DNA of 55,550 nucleotides, taken from an uncultured virus (IMG/VR IMGVR_UViG_3300010885_003339). Its lineage: Duplodnaviria > Heunggongvirae > Uroviricota > Caudoviricetes. This document shows positions 1 to 10,600 of the stretch, in pieces. The DNA is taken from IMG/VR virus record IMGVR_UViG_3300010885_003339. One strand, given 5' to 3'. The translations under genes and the position numbers were made by a program. How positions within the stretch are numbered: position 1 is the stretch's first letter; each line of letters begins with the position of its first letter. The notes under the pieces were generated by a model, which had not been told where the DNA came from, did no database searches, and saw nothing but the letters and a program-made list of their open reading frames with translations.

Positions 1-69
1 TCTAGTCGCAACAATGCCGGTTCGTTTGCGGATTTTGATTATGTTGCCTTGTTGATTATGTATCGCTAA
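1..69 (+). CDS. 3' end of an upstream gene, probably a tail-fibre C-terminus (partial)
   Basis: Open frame 1 SSRNNAGSFADFDYVALLIMYR ends at TAA 67-69 and resembles the C-terminal pattern of the fibre at 4882 (..TDPASVQIAVFGN). Confidence 0.5.
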   Translation, partial: SSRNNAGSFADFDYVALLIMYR

Positions 70-75
70 TAAATA
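68..75 (+). promoter_or_regulatory. T4-type late promoter variant (AATAAATA)
   Basis: One mismatch to TATAAATA, intergenic, 25 nt before the ATG at 100 with AGGAG SD. Confidence 0.55.
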
Positions 76-99
76 TAAGAAAGATTCAGGAGTAAGTTA

Positions 100-1737
100 A
101 TGTCAATTACAATTAGTGGTTCATCAGGTATCGTAGGTGCAAACGGAAGTGCAATCGCACCAGCCTTAACTGGTGGTGATTTTGATAGTGGCATTTTCTT
201 TCCAAATCCAAATACAGTGGCCTTTTCAGCAGGTGGTACTGAAGTGTTTCGGGCGAATACTGGCGGGCTTTTTTCATCAACGACTGGTCTAATAGTTGGT
301 GCCTCAACCAGTGTTATAGCCGATTATTTTAACGGTACAGGCTCTCAGACAGCATTCACACTTTCTGGAAATCCAGCAACTAAAAACAACACAAGCGTGT
401 ATATTAGTGGCGTGTATCAGGCTAAGTCAACATACAGCCTAAGCACAACAACATTGACCTTCTCGACAGCACCTCCTTCTGGCACATCTAACATTGAGGT
501 TGTGTGGAATCTACCGCTTTCTATTGGCACACCTAGCGATGGCACAATAACAGACGCAAAGATCAATTCTTCTAGTAAACTTTACAATCGAGTTAATGAT
601 ATTATTAGCGTTAAAGATTACGGTGCTACGGGTGATGGAAGCACAGATGATTCTGTTGCTATTCAAAACGCTATTAACGCAGCCGCAAATAAATGCTTGC
701 ACTTTCCTGCTGGAATTTATTTTTGTGGAACAGCATCGTTTTCAATTACATCGCCAATTGAAATTAAAGGTGTTGGCGGTCCAGCTTCATGTAAATTAGT
801 CAGAAGTTCAAATTCTTTTGGCAATTCATTATTTTATGCAACTAATGTTACTGGCGTTAACATCCGTGATATATGGTGTCATTATTCAAATGCTGCAACT
901 GTTGTAAGCGCAGATCATGCAGCCATTCAAACATACACTTGTAACAATGTTCTTATTGAAAACGTATGGGTTACTGGCCTTTGGTATGTTGGCATTGAAA
1001 TAAGCAATTGCACAAAATCTGTAGTCAATAAATGCTCAGTTCGCGGTGTCCATAATCGCGCAATATATTGCTACCAAGCCTGTAAAGACACTATTTTTTC
1101 CAATAACCATATAGATGGCGCAATTTATGGTGGTTCAACAAAGACAACAAGTTACGGAATAAATGTCAATCCAGCTTTAATAGGTACTATAAATAACATA
1201 GTAATATCAGATAATACAATTCGTAATACAGTTTCTCAAGGAATTTCTACTGCTGAACAAACTTATGGAATAACTATTGTTGGCAATTCAATATCTGATG
1301 TTGGCACTTCTCATGGTATTCTTGTGCAAAAAGCTAATGGTTTTTCTACTACTCAAGTAATAGTGGTTGGTAACAACGTAAGTGGATGTGGGCAATATGG
1401 AATTTATTTGACCGAAAGTTATTACGTTACTTGCACTGGAAACGTATCACAAGGAAACACATTAGCAGGAATAGCTGGTAATTTTATTCAAAATTCTGTA
1501 ATAAGCGGGAATATATTAGATGGTAATGGTGGAGATGGAATTTATTTAGGTAATAATTCTAATCGCAACATAGTTACTAGCAATATGTGTGTTGTGAATG
1601 TAGGTTATGGGTTAAAAATAGATGGAGCTACTAGTTTTTACACTAGATATAATGATAACTATTTTTACACAAACACTGCTGGATCAGTTTCCGATACAGG
1701 AACAGGTTCTAGTGCCGGAACAAATCTAACAGTTTAA
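100..1737 (+). CDS. Tailspike/tail fibre with pectate-lyase-like parallel beta-helix
   Basis: VKDYGATGDGSTDDSVAIQNAINAA pectate_lyase_3-type start followed by many xIxxNxI beta-helix rungs; N-terminal virion module FNGTGSQTAFTL..LTFSTAPPSG. Confidence 0.8.
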   Translation: MSITISGSSGIVGANGSAIAPALTGGDFDSGIFFPNPNTVAFSAGGTEVFRANTGGLFSSTTGLIVGASTSVIADYFNGTGSQTAFTLSGNPATKNNTSVYISGVYQAKSTYSLSTTTLTFSTAPPSGTSNIEVVWNLPLSIGTPSDGTITDAKINSSSKLYNRVNDIISVKDYGATGDGSTDDSVAIQNAINAAANKCLHFPAGIYFCGTASFSITSPIEIKGVGGPASCKLVRSSNSFGNSLFYATNVTGVNIRDIWCHYSNAATVVSADHAAIQTYTCNNVLIENVWVTGLWYVGIEISNCTKSVVNKCSVRGVHNRAIYCYQACKDTIFSNNHIDGAIYGGSTKTTSYGINVNPALIGTINNIVISDNTIRNTVSQGISTAEQTYGITIVGNSISDVGTSHGILVQKANGFSTTQVIVVGNNVSGCGQYGIYLTESYYVTCTGNVSQGNTLAGIAGNFIQNSVISGNILDGNGGDGIYLGNNSNRNIVTSNMCVVNVGYGLKIDGATSFYTRYNDNYFYTNTAGSVSDTGTGSSAGTNLTV

Positions 1738-1749
1738 AAGGAATATGCT

Positions 1750-2094
1750 ATGTTCGCTCTTGTAAAAGATCAAAAGATATTAGCGGTTGAGCATAGTGAA
1801 CTTGCTCTTGCCCCTGAGATAGAACTTCATGGCGGAAAAATACTTCCTGTAATTCAATTTGTTCCACCGACTGATCATATTGCAGATGGTTCTGCTTGGT
1901 ACGAATTATCAGGTGATACAGTCTATCAAAAAGCAAACTCAGTTTTTGCATTTTCCAATTATGCAGAAGCAAGAAAATTAGCATATCCCCCAATCACTGA
2001 TTATATAGACGGCATTGTGAAAAATGATACGGCGCAAATAGCTGCGTATATATCTGCATGTTTAGAAGTGAAAGTTAAATATCCTAAATCTTAA
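1750..2094 (+). CDS. Putative tail-fibre assembly chaperone
   Basis: C-terminal YAEARKLAYPPITDYIDGIVK..EVKVKYPK motif typical of small genes following phage fibres. Confidence 0.6.
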   Translation: MFALVKDQKILAVEHSELALAPEIELHGGKILPVIQFVPPTDHIADGSAWYELSGDTVYQKANSVFAFSNYAEARKLAYPPITDYIDGIVKNDTAQIAAYISACLEVKVKYPKS

Positions 2095-2116
2095 TTTTGC
2101 ACTGGAGGCTAAGTAA

Positions 2117-3208
2117 ATGGCACTGACACAAGTAACCAACTCAATGCTAGCCTTTGATGGTGGCCCTCTTGGTATGCGCAACCGCATCATCAATGGGAAC
2201 ATGGCAATTGATCAGCGCAATGCTGGGGCGCAGATTACAGCGGCTAATTTGACCAGCAGCACATATATGGTTGATCGCTGGCAGTATTTTTCGTCTCAAG
2301 CTGCAAAATTTACCGCGCAGCAAAACGCTGGAGCTGTAACAACGGCGGTAGGTTTTCCAAACTATCTTGGAATGACGGTTGCATCCGCAGTCACTGTTGG
2401 CGCAACTGATTATTTTTCCATTAGTCAACCAGTCGAAGGGTTTAACTTTGCAGATTTCGCATGGGGAACGGCAAGCGCAAAAACCGTAACTCTTTCATTT
2501 GTTGTTTATAGCTCTTTGACAGGAACTTTTGGCGGCACTTTAAAAAATTCTGCCGGAACAAGGTCTTATCCATTTACATATTCAATCCCGTCTGCAAACA
2601 CTTGGACAACAATATCAGTAACAGTTGCAGGGGACACAAGCGGCACATGGGTAGGGGCAACCAATGGGATCGGATGTTATGTTCAATTTGGTCTTGGGGT
2701 TGGTTCAACTTACAGTGGCACGGCGGGTGCTTGGGCGGCAACAAACTATGTATCAGCCACTGGCGCAGTCTCCGTAGTCGGCACTGCAAGCGCAACATTC
2801 TACATCACAGGCGTTCAGCTTGAAGTTGGCTCTGTTGCTACCCCATTTGAACGCAGACAGTATGGTCATGAAATCACTTTGTGTCAAAGATATTATCAAA
2901 AAAGTTACAATATTGATGTGGCCCCAGGTACGGCAGGTGCTGCTGGAGCCATAGGTAGTATATTAAATTCAGGAGGAGCTGGATATACAACCGCTCATCT
3001 TAAAGTGCCTATGCGAACAACTCCAACAACAGTAACAATATATAATGGATCGTTTACAGGTTCAACCGGAACGTGGACGGACGGTGGAGCCGGAGCTCCC
3101 GCGACCAGCGCAAATCTTACTGGTGCAAGTAACATTGTATTTTATACAACTGGTGGTGCCGGATCATCAACAGTATTTGGCCATTTCACAGCAGCCGCGG
3201 AGCTTTAA
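2117..3208 (+). CDS. Tail fibre/virion protein with putative carbohydrate-binding domain
   Basis: RNRIINGNMAIDQRN ... ITGVQLEVGSVATPFERR..E..LCQRYY motifs common in aquatic phage fibres; GGAGG SD. Confidence 0.7.
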   Translation: MALTQVTNSMLAFDGGPLGMRNRIINGNMAIDQRNAGAQITAANLTSSTYMVDRWQYFSSQAAKFTAQQNAGAVTTAVGFPNYLGMTVASAVTVGATDYFSISQPVEGFNFADFAWGTASAKTVTLSFVVYSSLTGTFGGTLKNSAGTRSYPFTYSIPSANTWTTISVTVAGDTSGTWVGATNGIGCYVQFGLGVGSTYSGTAGAWAATNYVSATGAVSVVGTASATFYITGVQLEVGSVATPFERRQYGHEITLCQRYYQKSYNIDVAPGTAGAAGAIGSILNSGGAGYTTAHLKVPMRTTPTTVTIYNGSFTGSTGTWTDGGAGAPATSANLTGASNIVFYTTGGAGSSTVFGHFTAAAEL

Positions 3209-3210
3209 TT

Positions 3211-3390
3211 ATGTATTCAAATGCAAAATATATTAAAACGATGGGTCAAAATGTAGTCATTGAAGTTCAGTTTAATAACGACATTATTTGCGTTCCTATA
3301 TATGATGAAAATCCTGTTTATCAAGAGATTATGCAACTTGTTGAAGAAGGCAAACTTACAATCGCACCAGCCGATGAGGTATCTAACTAA
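3211..3390 (+). CDS. 59-aa putative fibre chaperone (absent from the ORF track)
   Basis: ATG 3211 to TAA 3388-3390: MYSNAKYIK..CVPIYDENPVYQEIMQLVEEGKLTIAPADEVSN, matching the 'P-x-D-x-x-N-x-x-Y-Q..EG..PAD' small genes that follow this fibre family; its stop overlaps the next ATG. Confidence 0.7.
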   Translation: MYSNAKYIKTMGQNVVIEVQFNNDIICVPIYDENPVYQEIMQLVEEGKLTIAPADEVSN

Positions 3391-3938
3391 TGTCCACGAT
3401 CAGAACACAATTTGTAGGTCCTCTAACAGGTAACACAACACCGATTGGTGCTGTTTCTCCGACATTGATGGATGCACAGGCATCTACTAGTGGAACAGCT
3501 ATCAACTTTACAAGCGTCATTCCTACTTGGGCAAAACGAGTTACAATAGCGTTTAACGGTGTATCCACAAGTAGCACAAATAATCTTATTGTTCAATTAG
3601 GCGTAGCTGGCACCTATGTAATTACAGGTTATTCCGCACAAACCACTGGTATTGCAAGTTCAGTTGGGGCAACATCTTCTTCAACCGTTGGCTTTCCCAT
3701 TTATCACAATGTCGCAACATACGCTTGGTCTGGCGTTATTACATTGCAAAATGTTTCTAGTAACATTTGGGTAGCATCAGGTATTCTTGGTAACGCGACT
3801 ACCACTCCACTTTCTGCAATGACCTCTGGGGTTATATCATTAGCGGGTGCTTTGGATAGTGTCCGTGTAATTGCTAGCGCAACAGGATCGCCATCAGATA
3901 CTTTTGATGCCGGCTCTATCTCTGTAATGTATGAATAA
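3390..3938 (+). CDS. Short fibre-like virion protein
   Basis: STSGTAINFTSVIPTWAKRVTI..DTFDAGSISVMYE beta-rich fibre-tip module; structural context. Confidence 0.55.
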   Translation: MSTIRTQFVGPLTGNTTPIGAVSPTLMDAQASTSGTAINFTSVIPTWAKRVTIAFNGVSTSSTNNLIVQLGVAGTYVITGYSAQTTGIASSVGATSSSTVGFPIYHNVATYAWSGVITLQNVSSNIWVASGILGNATTTPLSAMTSGVISLAGALDSVRVIASATGSPSDTFDAGSISVMYE

Positions 3939-3952
3939 AAAGGGTATATATT

Positions 3953-4441
3953 ATGAATCTACTAGATAGATTAATGTGGGCTTCTGAGAACCTAGAACCA
4001 GTTCAGACAAAGTATAGGATCGTCTATGAAGATCCATCTTTCCCTGATGAAGTCGCTAAGGTTGTTGTAGCATCTGGTGAATGGTTAGCATGTGCTTTGC
4101 ATGGCGGACTACTCCCACCAGTCGAGTCATATCATAACATGACTCTTGAATTGGTCACAGATACAGGTGAGAAGATCGTCTGCAATTACTTAGAAGCACA
4201 GCAACATCGACTAGATCATAAGATTGTTGGTGAGAGAGTTCTTAATGACCCCTGCAATACAGATGAACCATTGGGACCTATGACTGAAGAAGAAGCGATT
4301 GAGTATCTTCTGATGAAAGATGTTCCAACCAGAGTATGGTCATCTGATTATAAATACAATAGAACGTTGTTTAAGATTTGCACAATAGAACAACTACCAC
4401 AGACAAGAAATTATCGGAACGCTTGGAAGCTGGCGGCATAA
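3953..4441 (+). CDS. Putative fibre-assembly protein
   Basis: MTEEEAIEYLLMKDVP..LPQTRNYRNAW; motif shared with ORFs 4521 and 6580. Confidence 0.55.
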   Translation: MNLLDRLMWASENLEPVQTKYRIVYEDPSFPDEVAKVVVASGEWLACALHGGLLPPVESYHNMTLELVTDTGEKIVCNYLEAQQHRLDHKIVGERVLNDPCNTDEPLGPMTEEEAIEYLLMKDVPTRVWSSDYKYNRTLFKICTIEQLPQTRNYRNAWKLAA

Positions 4442-4493
4442 TGCATATAAGTTGGCTGCCAAAACTTATCATGGTGAATATGCAAGTTTTTAA
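4437..4493 (+). pseudogene. C-terminal relic of an AP2-domain (HNH-AP2 homing endonuclease-like) gene
   Basis: The spacer translates as HNAYKLAAKTYHGEYASF-stop with no start codon, matching the AP2 terminal helix pattern A-Y-x-x-A-A-x-x-Y/H-H-G-E-F/Y-A. Confidence 0.6.
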
Positions 4494-4520
4494 AAGCATA
4501 CAGATTAAGGATAAAAGAAC

Positions 4521-4871
4521 ATGACTACCTACATTCAGGTAAACGGGCAAACGGTAGACGCATCAGCGGTTACAGTCCCAGCAAATAGAAAATTCAGAGA
4601 TGCTTGGACCTTGTCAGGTGATGTTATCTCTATTGATGTTGATAAAGCAAAAGACATTTGGAAAGACAAGATGAGAGCGGCTAGAGCCGAAAGACTCGTT
4701 GCTCTCGATGCACAGTTCTTCCTTGCTCTCGAAAATAGTGATGATGTAAAGAAGGCTGAGATTACAACTAAGAAACAACTTCTTAGAAACGTAACAGAAT
4801 TGCCTGAGCTTCTTAATGCAACGACAGTGGAAGAAATCGAAGCCGTTTGGCCATCATACCTGAACGCATAA
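4521..4871 (+). CDS. Putative tail-fibre assembly chaperone
   Basis: RKFRDAW..IDVDKAKDIWKDKMRAAR..LD..KQLLRNVT..WP helical chaperone-type motif. Confidence 0.6.
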   Translation: MTTYIQVNGQTVDASAVTVPANRKFRDAWTLSGDVISIDVDKAKDIWKDKMRAARAERLVALDAQFFLALENSDDVKKAEITTKKQLLRNVTELPELLNATTVEEIEAVWPSYLNA

Positions 4872-4881
4872 GGATCAGTCA

Positions 4882-6576
4882 ATGTCAACCCTAAGCGTTA
4901 ATAAGATTACCGATCTTACAGACTTCACATTCCCACCTACGACGACACTTAGTTTGGTCGGTTTTAATGCCAGTGGTACCATTAACACGGCTAATTTAAA
5001 TATCACAAGTACCAGTGGTCGTATCACTGGTGACTTCGGTAATGCGACAAATGCTAACCGTGTTATATTCCAAAATAGCACGGTTAATGGTGGTTCGCGT
5101 GTCAGCGTTATGCCAAATGGCACAGCATCAAGCTCAGGTTTTGAGGCATACAGCGGGCCAAGCACCGATCCTAATAATGCTTCTATTGCCGTAATGGCGG
5201 CGCAAGGAACAACAGATGCTCGTTTTTCGTCAACTATTTCTGGCACAGGCACATATCTGCCTATGACCTTCTACACTGGCGGGTCAGAGCGTGTGCGTAT
5301 TGACACCAGCGGCAACGTGGGAATTGGCACCCTCTCTCCAACCTATGCCTTAGATGTCTATAGATCAGCGGCCGCTGTTAAACGCATTTATTCTGACACA
5401 TCGGCAACTTCAATTATTGCAAACTATTCCACCGATACCGTTGGTGGGATAGCGGCATTTTATAAATACCGGGGTACTAATGCAGCACCAACAACGGTTG
5501 TAAACGGAGATATTGCAAGTCGGGTTGTATCTTATGGATACGATGGAACATCGCTTGGGCAAGTTGCTGAAATTCGGTCAAACTTAGATGCTACGGTTGG
5601 CACTGGTAGCACTGCTGGACGGTTAACATTTTACACCACATCAAGTGGATCTAACACTGTTACTGAGCGTATGCGCATTGATTCCAGCGGTAATATGGGT
5701 ATTGGAATGACTCCATCTCTTCCTCTAGATATTACGGCGACAACGGGAAATATACGTTTAACCTCTTCAACAGGCACAAATTACGCTCAATTACAAACCA
5801 TCAACGGAAGTGGTACGGCTCGTTTTGGCGTAGAGGGTTCTGGTGGAGGTAGTATTACTGCAAATTCTACTGCGTATTCCGCTGTAGTAAACCAAGCAGG
5901 CGCATATAGTTTGCACTTTGGTACAAATAATACTGTTCGTGCAACCATCGACTCCAGCGGTAATATGGGTATTGGAACAAATTCGTTAGGTGCAGGATAC
6001 AGAGTTTCGATTGTTGGTTCTGCCGCATCATCTGTACCGCTTTATCTGCATTCTGATGCAACTAATGGATATGTGTATTCTCCAAATCCTCTAGTTATTG
6101 GATCTACTGGTGCATATACACTTAGTTTAGTAACTAATAATACCACAAAATTCTTAATTGGTTCCGCAGGCCAGCTAGGTATTGGTGGCGCAACATATGG
6201 TACATCAGGTCAGGTTCTAACCTCTGGTGGTGCAAGTGCCGCTCCTACATGGTCAACCGTTTCTGCCGGATCAAGTGCAAAAGCATGGGCGCGTTGGGAT
6301 GGTGCAAGTGGAACCAGAACATCATCTTATAACGTAAGTTCGATCACACGAAGTAGTGCCGGTCAGTATATTGTAAACTTCACCACGGCGATGGCAGATG
6401 CTAACTATGCTCCAATTATGTCATGTGCGGGCGATTCCACTGTGTATAATGGGTATGGAGTTTTTCCAGGTATGACTTCTGCTCCAACCACTACTAGCTT
6501 TGCTATGTGGACTAAATCTTATAATGGGACGGCTACTGATCCCGCCAGTGTTCAAATTGCAGTATTTGGGAATTAA
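4882..6576 (+). CDS. Tail fibre protein
   Basis: Three to four (E)RxRIDxSGNxGIG shaft repeats, GTSGQVLTSGG..PTW linker, C-terminal AKAWARWDG..NVSSITR..Y tip domain. Confidence 0.75.
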   Translation: MSTLSVNKITDLTDFTFPPTTTLSLVGFNASGTINTANLNITSTSGRITGDFGNATNANRVIFQNSTVNGGSRVSVMPNGTASSSGFEAYSGPSTDPNNASIAVMAAQGTTDARFSSTISGTGTYLPMTFYTGGSERVRIDTSGNVGIGTLSPTYALDVYRSAAAVKRIYSDTSATSIIANYSTDTVGGIAAFYKYRGTNAAPTTVVNGDIASRVVSYGYDGTSLGQVAEIRSNLDATVGTGSTAGRLTFYTTSSGSNTVTERMRIDSSGNMGIGMTPSLPLDITATTGNIRLTSSTGTNYAQLQTINGSGTARFGVEGSGGGSITANSTAYSAVVNQAGAYSLHFGTNNTVRATIDSSGNMGIGTNSLGAGYRVSIVGSAASSVPLYLHSDATNGYVYSPNPLVIGSTGAYTLSLVTNNTTKFLIGSAGQLGIGGATYGTSGQVLTSGGASAAPTWSTVSAGSSAKAWARWDGASGTRTSSYNVSSITRSSAGQYIVNFTTAMADANYAPIMSCAGDSTVYNGYGVFPGMTSAPTTTSFAMWTKSYNGTATDPASVQIAVFGN

Positions 6577-6579
6577 AAC

Positions 6580-6972
6580 ATGACACAAGTTATTATATAC
6601 ACCAATGAAAATGGCAATGTCTCGGTTTGCTATCCGACCGGCGAGTTACCGATTGAAGATGTATTGACAAAAGATTGCCCAGAAGACGCGATCATTATCG
6701 ATGCCGACACTTTGCCACAGAGCGATAATGATTTCTTCGATGCTTGGCGACTAATCAATGGTGTAGTTGTTGTTGATCTTGAGGCGGCAAAAAATATACT
6801 GTTTGATAAGTTGAATGCACTTGCAAAAATGACGGTTGATCAACGCAACATGAATAAGGCCATCGGTATAGAAAACGTAGTGTCCGATGCTGACTTTATC
6901 GCCAGCCTGACCGCTAAACGCGCCGCTATTGCGGATGCTACATCGACTGCCGAACTTCGCACTATACTATAA
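6580..6972 (+). CDS. Putative fibre chaperone
   Basis: LPQSDNDFFDAW..VDLEAAK, paralogous to 3953/4521; directly follows a fibre gene. Confidence 0.6.
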   Translation: MTQVIIYTNENGNVSVCYPTGELPIEDVLTKDCPEDAIIIDADTLPQSDNDFFDAWRLINGVVVVDLEAAKNILFDKLNALAKMTVDQRNMNKAIGIENVVSDADFIASLTAKRAAIADATSTAELRTIL

Positions 6973-6975
6973 ATA
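6968..6975 (+). promoter_or_regulatory. T4-type late promoter TATAAATA
   Basis: Exact consensus overlapping a stop codon, 21 nt before ATG 6996; gp55 is encoded in the window. Confidence 0.8.
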
Positions 6976-6995
6976 TATAAAAATCAGGTAATCTA

Positions 6996-7334
6996 ATGGC
7001 ATCATATGTAGAACTTTATGTAGATCAAGGCACAAACTTCAAGAACGTCATCTATATTACAGATGACTTGACGAACGCCTATGTCAATATCTCTGGTTAT
7101 GTCATAAAGAGTCAAATTCGCCGTTCATATTACTCAGCAAATACTTCAGCCAATATTAATTGCCAGATTACCGATGCCGCTAACGGAGAGATCACTCTAA
7201 CACTAGCACCAGGCGTCACATCAAACATCAGAGCTGGTCGATATCTATTCGACGTTACTGCAACAGATTCAAATCAATTTTCTTCTAGGATACTTGAAGG
7301 TCTCATAACACTTACGCCAAGGGTTACAGTATAA
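6996..7334 (+). CDS. Small Ig-like virion/baseplate-associated protein
   Basis: VELYVDQGTNF..SQIRRSYYS..GRYLFDV..RILEGLITLTPRVT, recurrent in aquatic T4-like phages. Confidence 0.6.
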   Translation: MASYVELYVDQGTNFKNVIYITDDLTNAYVNISGYVIKSQIRRSYYSANTSANINCQITDAANGEITLTLAPGVTSNIRAGRYLFDVTATDSNQFSSRILEGLITLTPRVTV

Positions 7335-7655
7335 ATGAGAATAGTCTTAGGTTCTGAAGCAAATAGACTACAGATTAGAACTGTTACAACCAGACCTGAA
7401 ACTCCGGTTACATATCTCTATGGTCTGTATGATGTTGACTTTGATAGATTTGCATTATCTAACGGGCAAATACTCATATATAATACAGAGAGTGAAAAGT
7501 GGAATGCGGTTGACAGATTTGTGGCAGCCAGTTTACCACCAGATGAACCGCACTATGGTGATATATGGTATTATACCGTAGAAAACAAACTGCTCATGTG
7601 GGTTACAGATGGTGTTGGTGAGTTCTGGTTTGACTTTTTACCTCCAATAGAATAA
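7335..7655 (+). CDS. Hypothetical virion protein
   Basis: L..LYDVD..NGQIL.Y....KW and P..P..GDIWY motifs seen in fibre linker domains. Confidence 0.5.
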   Translation: MRIVLGSEANRLQIRTVTTRPETPVTYLYGLYDVDFDRFALSNGQILIYNTESEKWNAVDRFVAASLPPDEPHYGDIWYYTVENKLLMWVTDGVGEFWFDFLPPIE

Positions 7656-7668
7656 GAGTGCGTATTAA

Positions 7669-10600
7669 ATGGCTTTTCCTTCCCCCGCGACAAACGGTCA
7701 AAGATATGATGACGGTAAATATATTTACCAATACAATTCTACGCTCAAAAGTTGGTCAAAAGTAACCGCTTCAAATCCTACACCTCTAGGAAACACAACA
7801 AACGTTGTCTTTGCGTCTACGAATGCTGTTTTTGCGGCAGCCAATACAACAGCTAACACTCTAAACACAACTTCTAATACTGTAAACTCAGTATATCGTA
7901 CCGCTAACAATACGGCTAACACTCTCAATACAGCCTTCAATGCGGTCAATTCTTCTTTCAGTGCCGCCAACAGTGCGGCTAACACCGCTAACGCCGCCTA
8001 CAATACAACAAATTCAGTATACACACTAGCAAATACGGTGAATGCGGCGGCTATCAATGCTTCTAGAACCGCAAACCTTTCTTATGGTGCGGCTAATGCC
8101 GCTACAACTCTAGCCACAAACGCTGCTAACGCCGCATCAGCCGCATATACCACATCAAACCTATCCTATGCAGCCGCCAATACAGCGGCTGCTCTAGGTC
8201 GTGATGCGGCCAATGTTGCGGCGGCAGCTTTTACCAGCACAAATCTTGCAATTTCATCCGCCAGTTCAGCCGGCAATACCGCGGTCTCAGCCTTTGCGGC
8301 AACCAATGCATCTTTTAGCACAGCGAATACCGCTAGTGCTACGGCCGCAGCCGCTTTTGGTGTTACAAACGCATCATACACAGCAGCCAATACAGCGGCC
8401 GCTGTTGGTCGTGATGCGGCTAATGTGGCCTCAGCGGCATATACTACAACAAATCTATCATATGCGGCCGCCAATACAGCGGCAGCCGTTGGTCGTGATG
8501 CCGCAAATACGGCTGGTCTAGCCTATGGTGGTGCTAACTCTGCTTATAGTGCCGCCAATACATCTGCAAACATAGCCGTTGCATCATATAATACTTCAAA
8601 CTTAGCATTCAATAAAGCTAATGCGGCTAATGTTCTAGCTAATGCTGCATATGCGGCCGCTAATACTAAACTATCACTGACAGGCGGCACGGTTACAGGT
8701 GATGTTAATATCATCGGCAGTTTATTTCTTTATGGCAATACATTTGTGGCCGATGTTACAACACTTCGTGTCGATGATCCTCTCATCTATCTTGCAGGTA
8801 ATAATTACTCAGCCGATATTGTTGATATCGGTTTTATCGCAAACTATGTCAATGCGAATAGCGTAAACGTCCATACAGGTCTTGTCAGATATCATACCAA
8901 CAAAGAATATTATCTATTTCAAGAATATCCTACTGAACCATTAAACAATCAGGTTGATGTTACAGCCAACGGCTTTACACTAGCCGTTCTTAATGCTGAT
9001 ATTATCACTAGCAACTTGACACTTGCGGGGTATAACGCCGCCGCAAAGATTGCATCTATTGAGCAATCAGCAGGTTCGGGTACCGCCTCTATCATCTTTA
9101 GCAATATTACACCTAGCGTACCTGATTCTCAGCAGCCTTGGTTCAATCCGGTAGCGAATGTATTATACGTTTACAATAGTTCTAATAACATAAACACATA
9201 TGTTGCTGTCTCTGGTGCTACAGGTGCCACAGGACCTGGAGGTGGTGCAACTGGCGCCACTGGTATCGCAGGACCTTCTGGTGCTACTGGACCTGACGGT
9301 AAAGGTGGTGTTCCATCATATAGACAAGTTTTCACTGGTGCAGGTACCGATACATATGGTCCTTTGATCAGAACTGCCAACTCACCTAATAATATCATCG
9401 TATCGGTTAGTGGTTCTGTAAAATTACCATTTAATGATTATAACTTAGCGACTGTAGCAAATAATCAATACATTCTCTTCAGCGGTCCTGTAGCAAGTGG
9501 CCAGATTCAGGTTATGTATTTTGATGGTGCCGCAGCCGGTCCTGCAGGTTCAACTGGGCCAATCGGTCCAACAGGGCTAAGAGGCCTGCAAGGCATACAA
9601 GGTATTACAGGATCTCAAGGTCCTTCTGGGCCATCTGGTGCAACTGGTCCCGCAGGCGGCCCATCAGGAGCAACTGGTTCTACAGGACCAGCAGGAACTC
9701 CGGGTGCAACCGGTCCTGCTGGCGGACCTACTGGTTCTACAGGCGCAACAGGCTTACTTGGCTCTACTGGTTCAACAGGACCTCAAGGCACAACAGGCAT
9801 CATGGGTGCAACCGGTCCCGCAGGCGGACCAACAGGAGCAACCGGCGTAACAGGACCAGCAGGTCCATCAGGAGCAACTGGTCCCGCTGGTGGTCCCACT
9901 GGTGCAACAGGAGCATCCGGTGCTACGGGTTCTCTCGGTCCATCTGGACCGCTAGGTCTTAGCGGCGGAACAGGACCTCAAGGTCCTTCTGGACCTACCG
10001 GTGCCACTGGTGCGACCGGAATACAAGGCACAACAGGTGCTACTGGCGCCACAGGTGCTAACGGCGCCACAGGTGCTACCGGTGCAACCGGTGCAACTGG
10101 TCTACAAGGTACCACCGGTGCAACTGGTGCCAATTCTATAGTTCCAGGTCCTACTGGTGCAACAGGCATTCAAGGCACAACAGGACCGCAAGGTGTAATA
10201 GGTGCCAGTGGTGCAACTGGCCCCGCTGGCGGTCCTACTGGCGCAACAGGTATAACTGGTTCTACAGGTATTCAAGGTGCGACCGGCGCAACCGGTCTAC
10301 AAGGAACAACAGGTGCTACTGGTGCAGCCTCAACGATTGCTGGTCCAACAGGTATAACAGGGCCCACAGGTATAACCGGCTTAACAGGCCCAACAGGCCC
10401 AACTGGCGCAACAGGTGCTGCCGGTCAATCGATTCAAATTACAGGTGTTGTTGCTAATCAGGCCTCGCTTCCATCAGCCGCTGGTGTTCCTAACTTTGCT
10501 GGTTATCTAACGGCAGATACAGGCAATCTATATGTTTCAAATGGTACAACATCAGGCGGTAGTGTTGGTAATGGCTGGACTAATCTTGGTGTAGTTCGTG

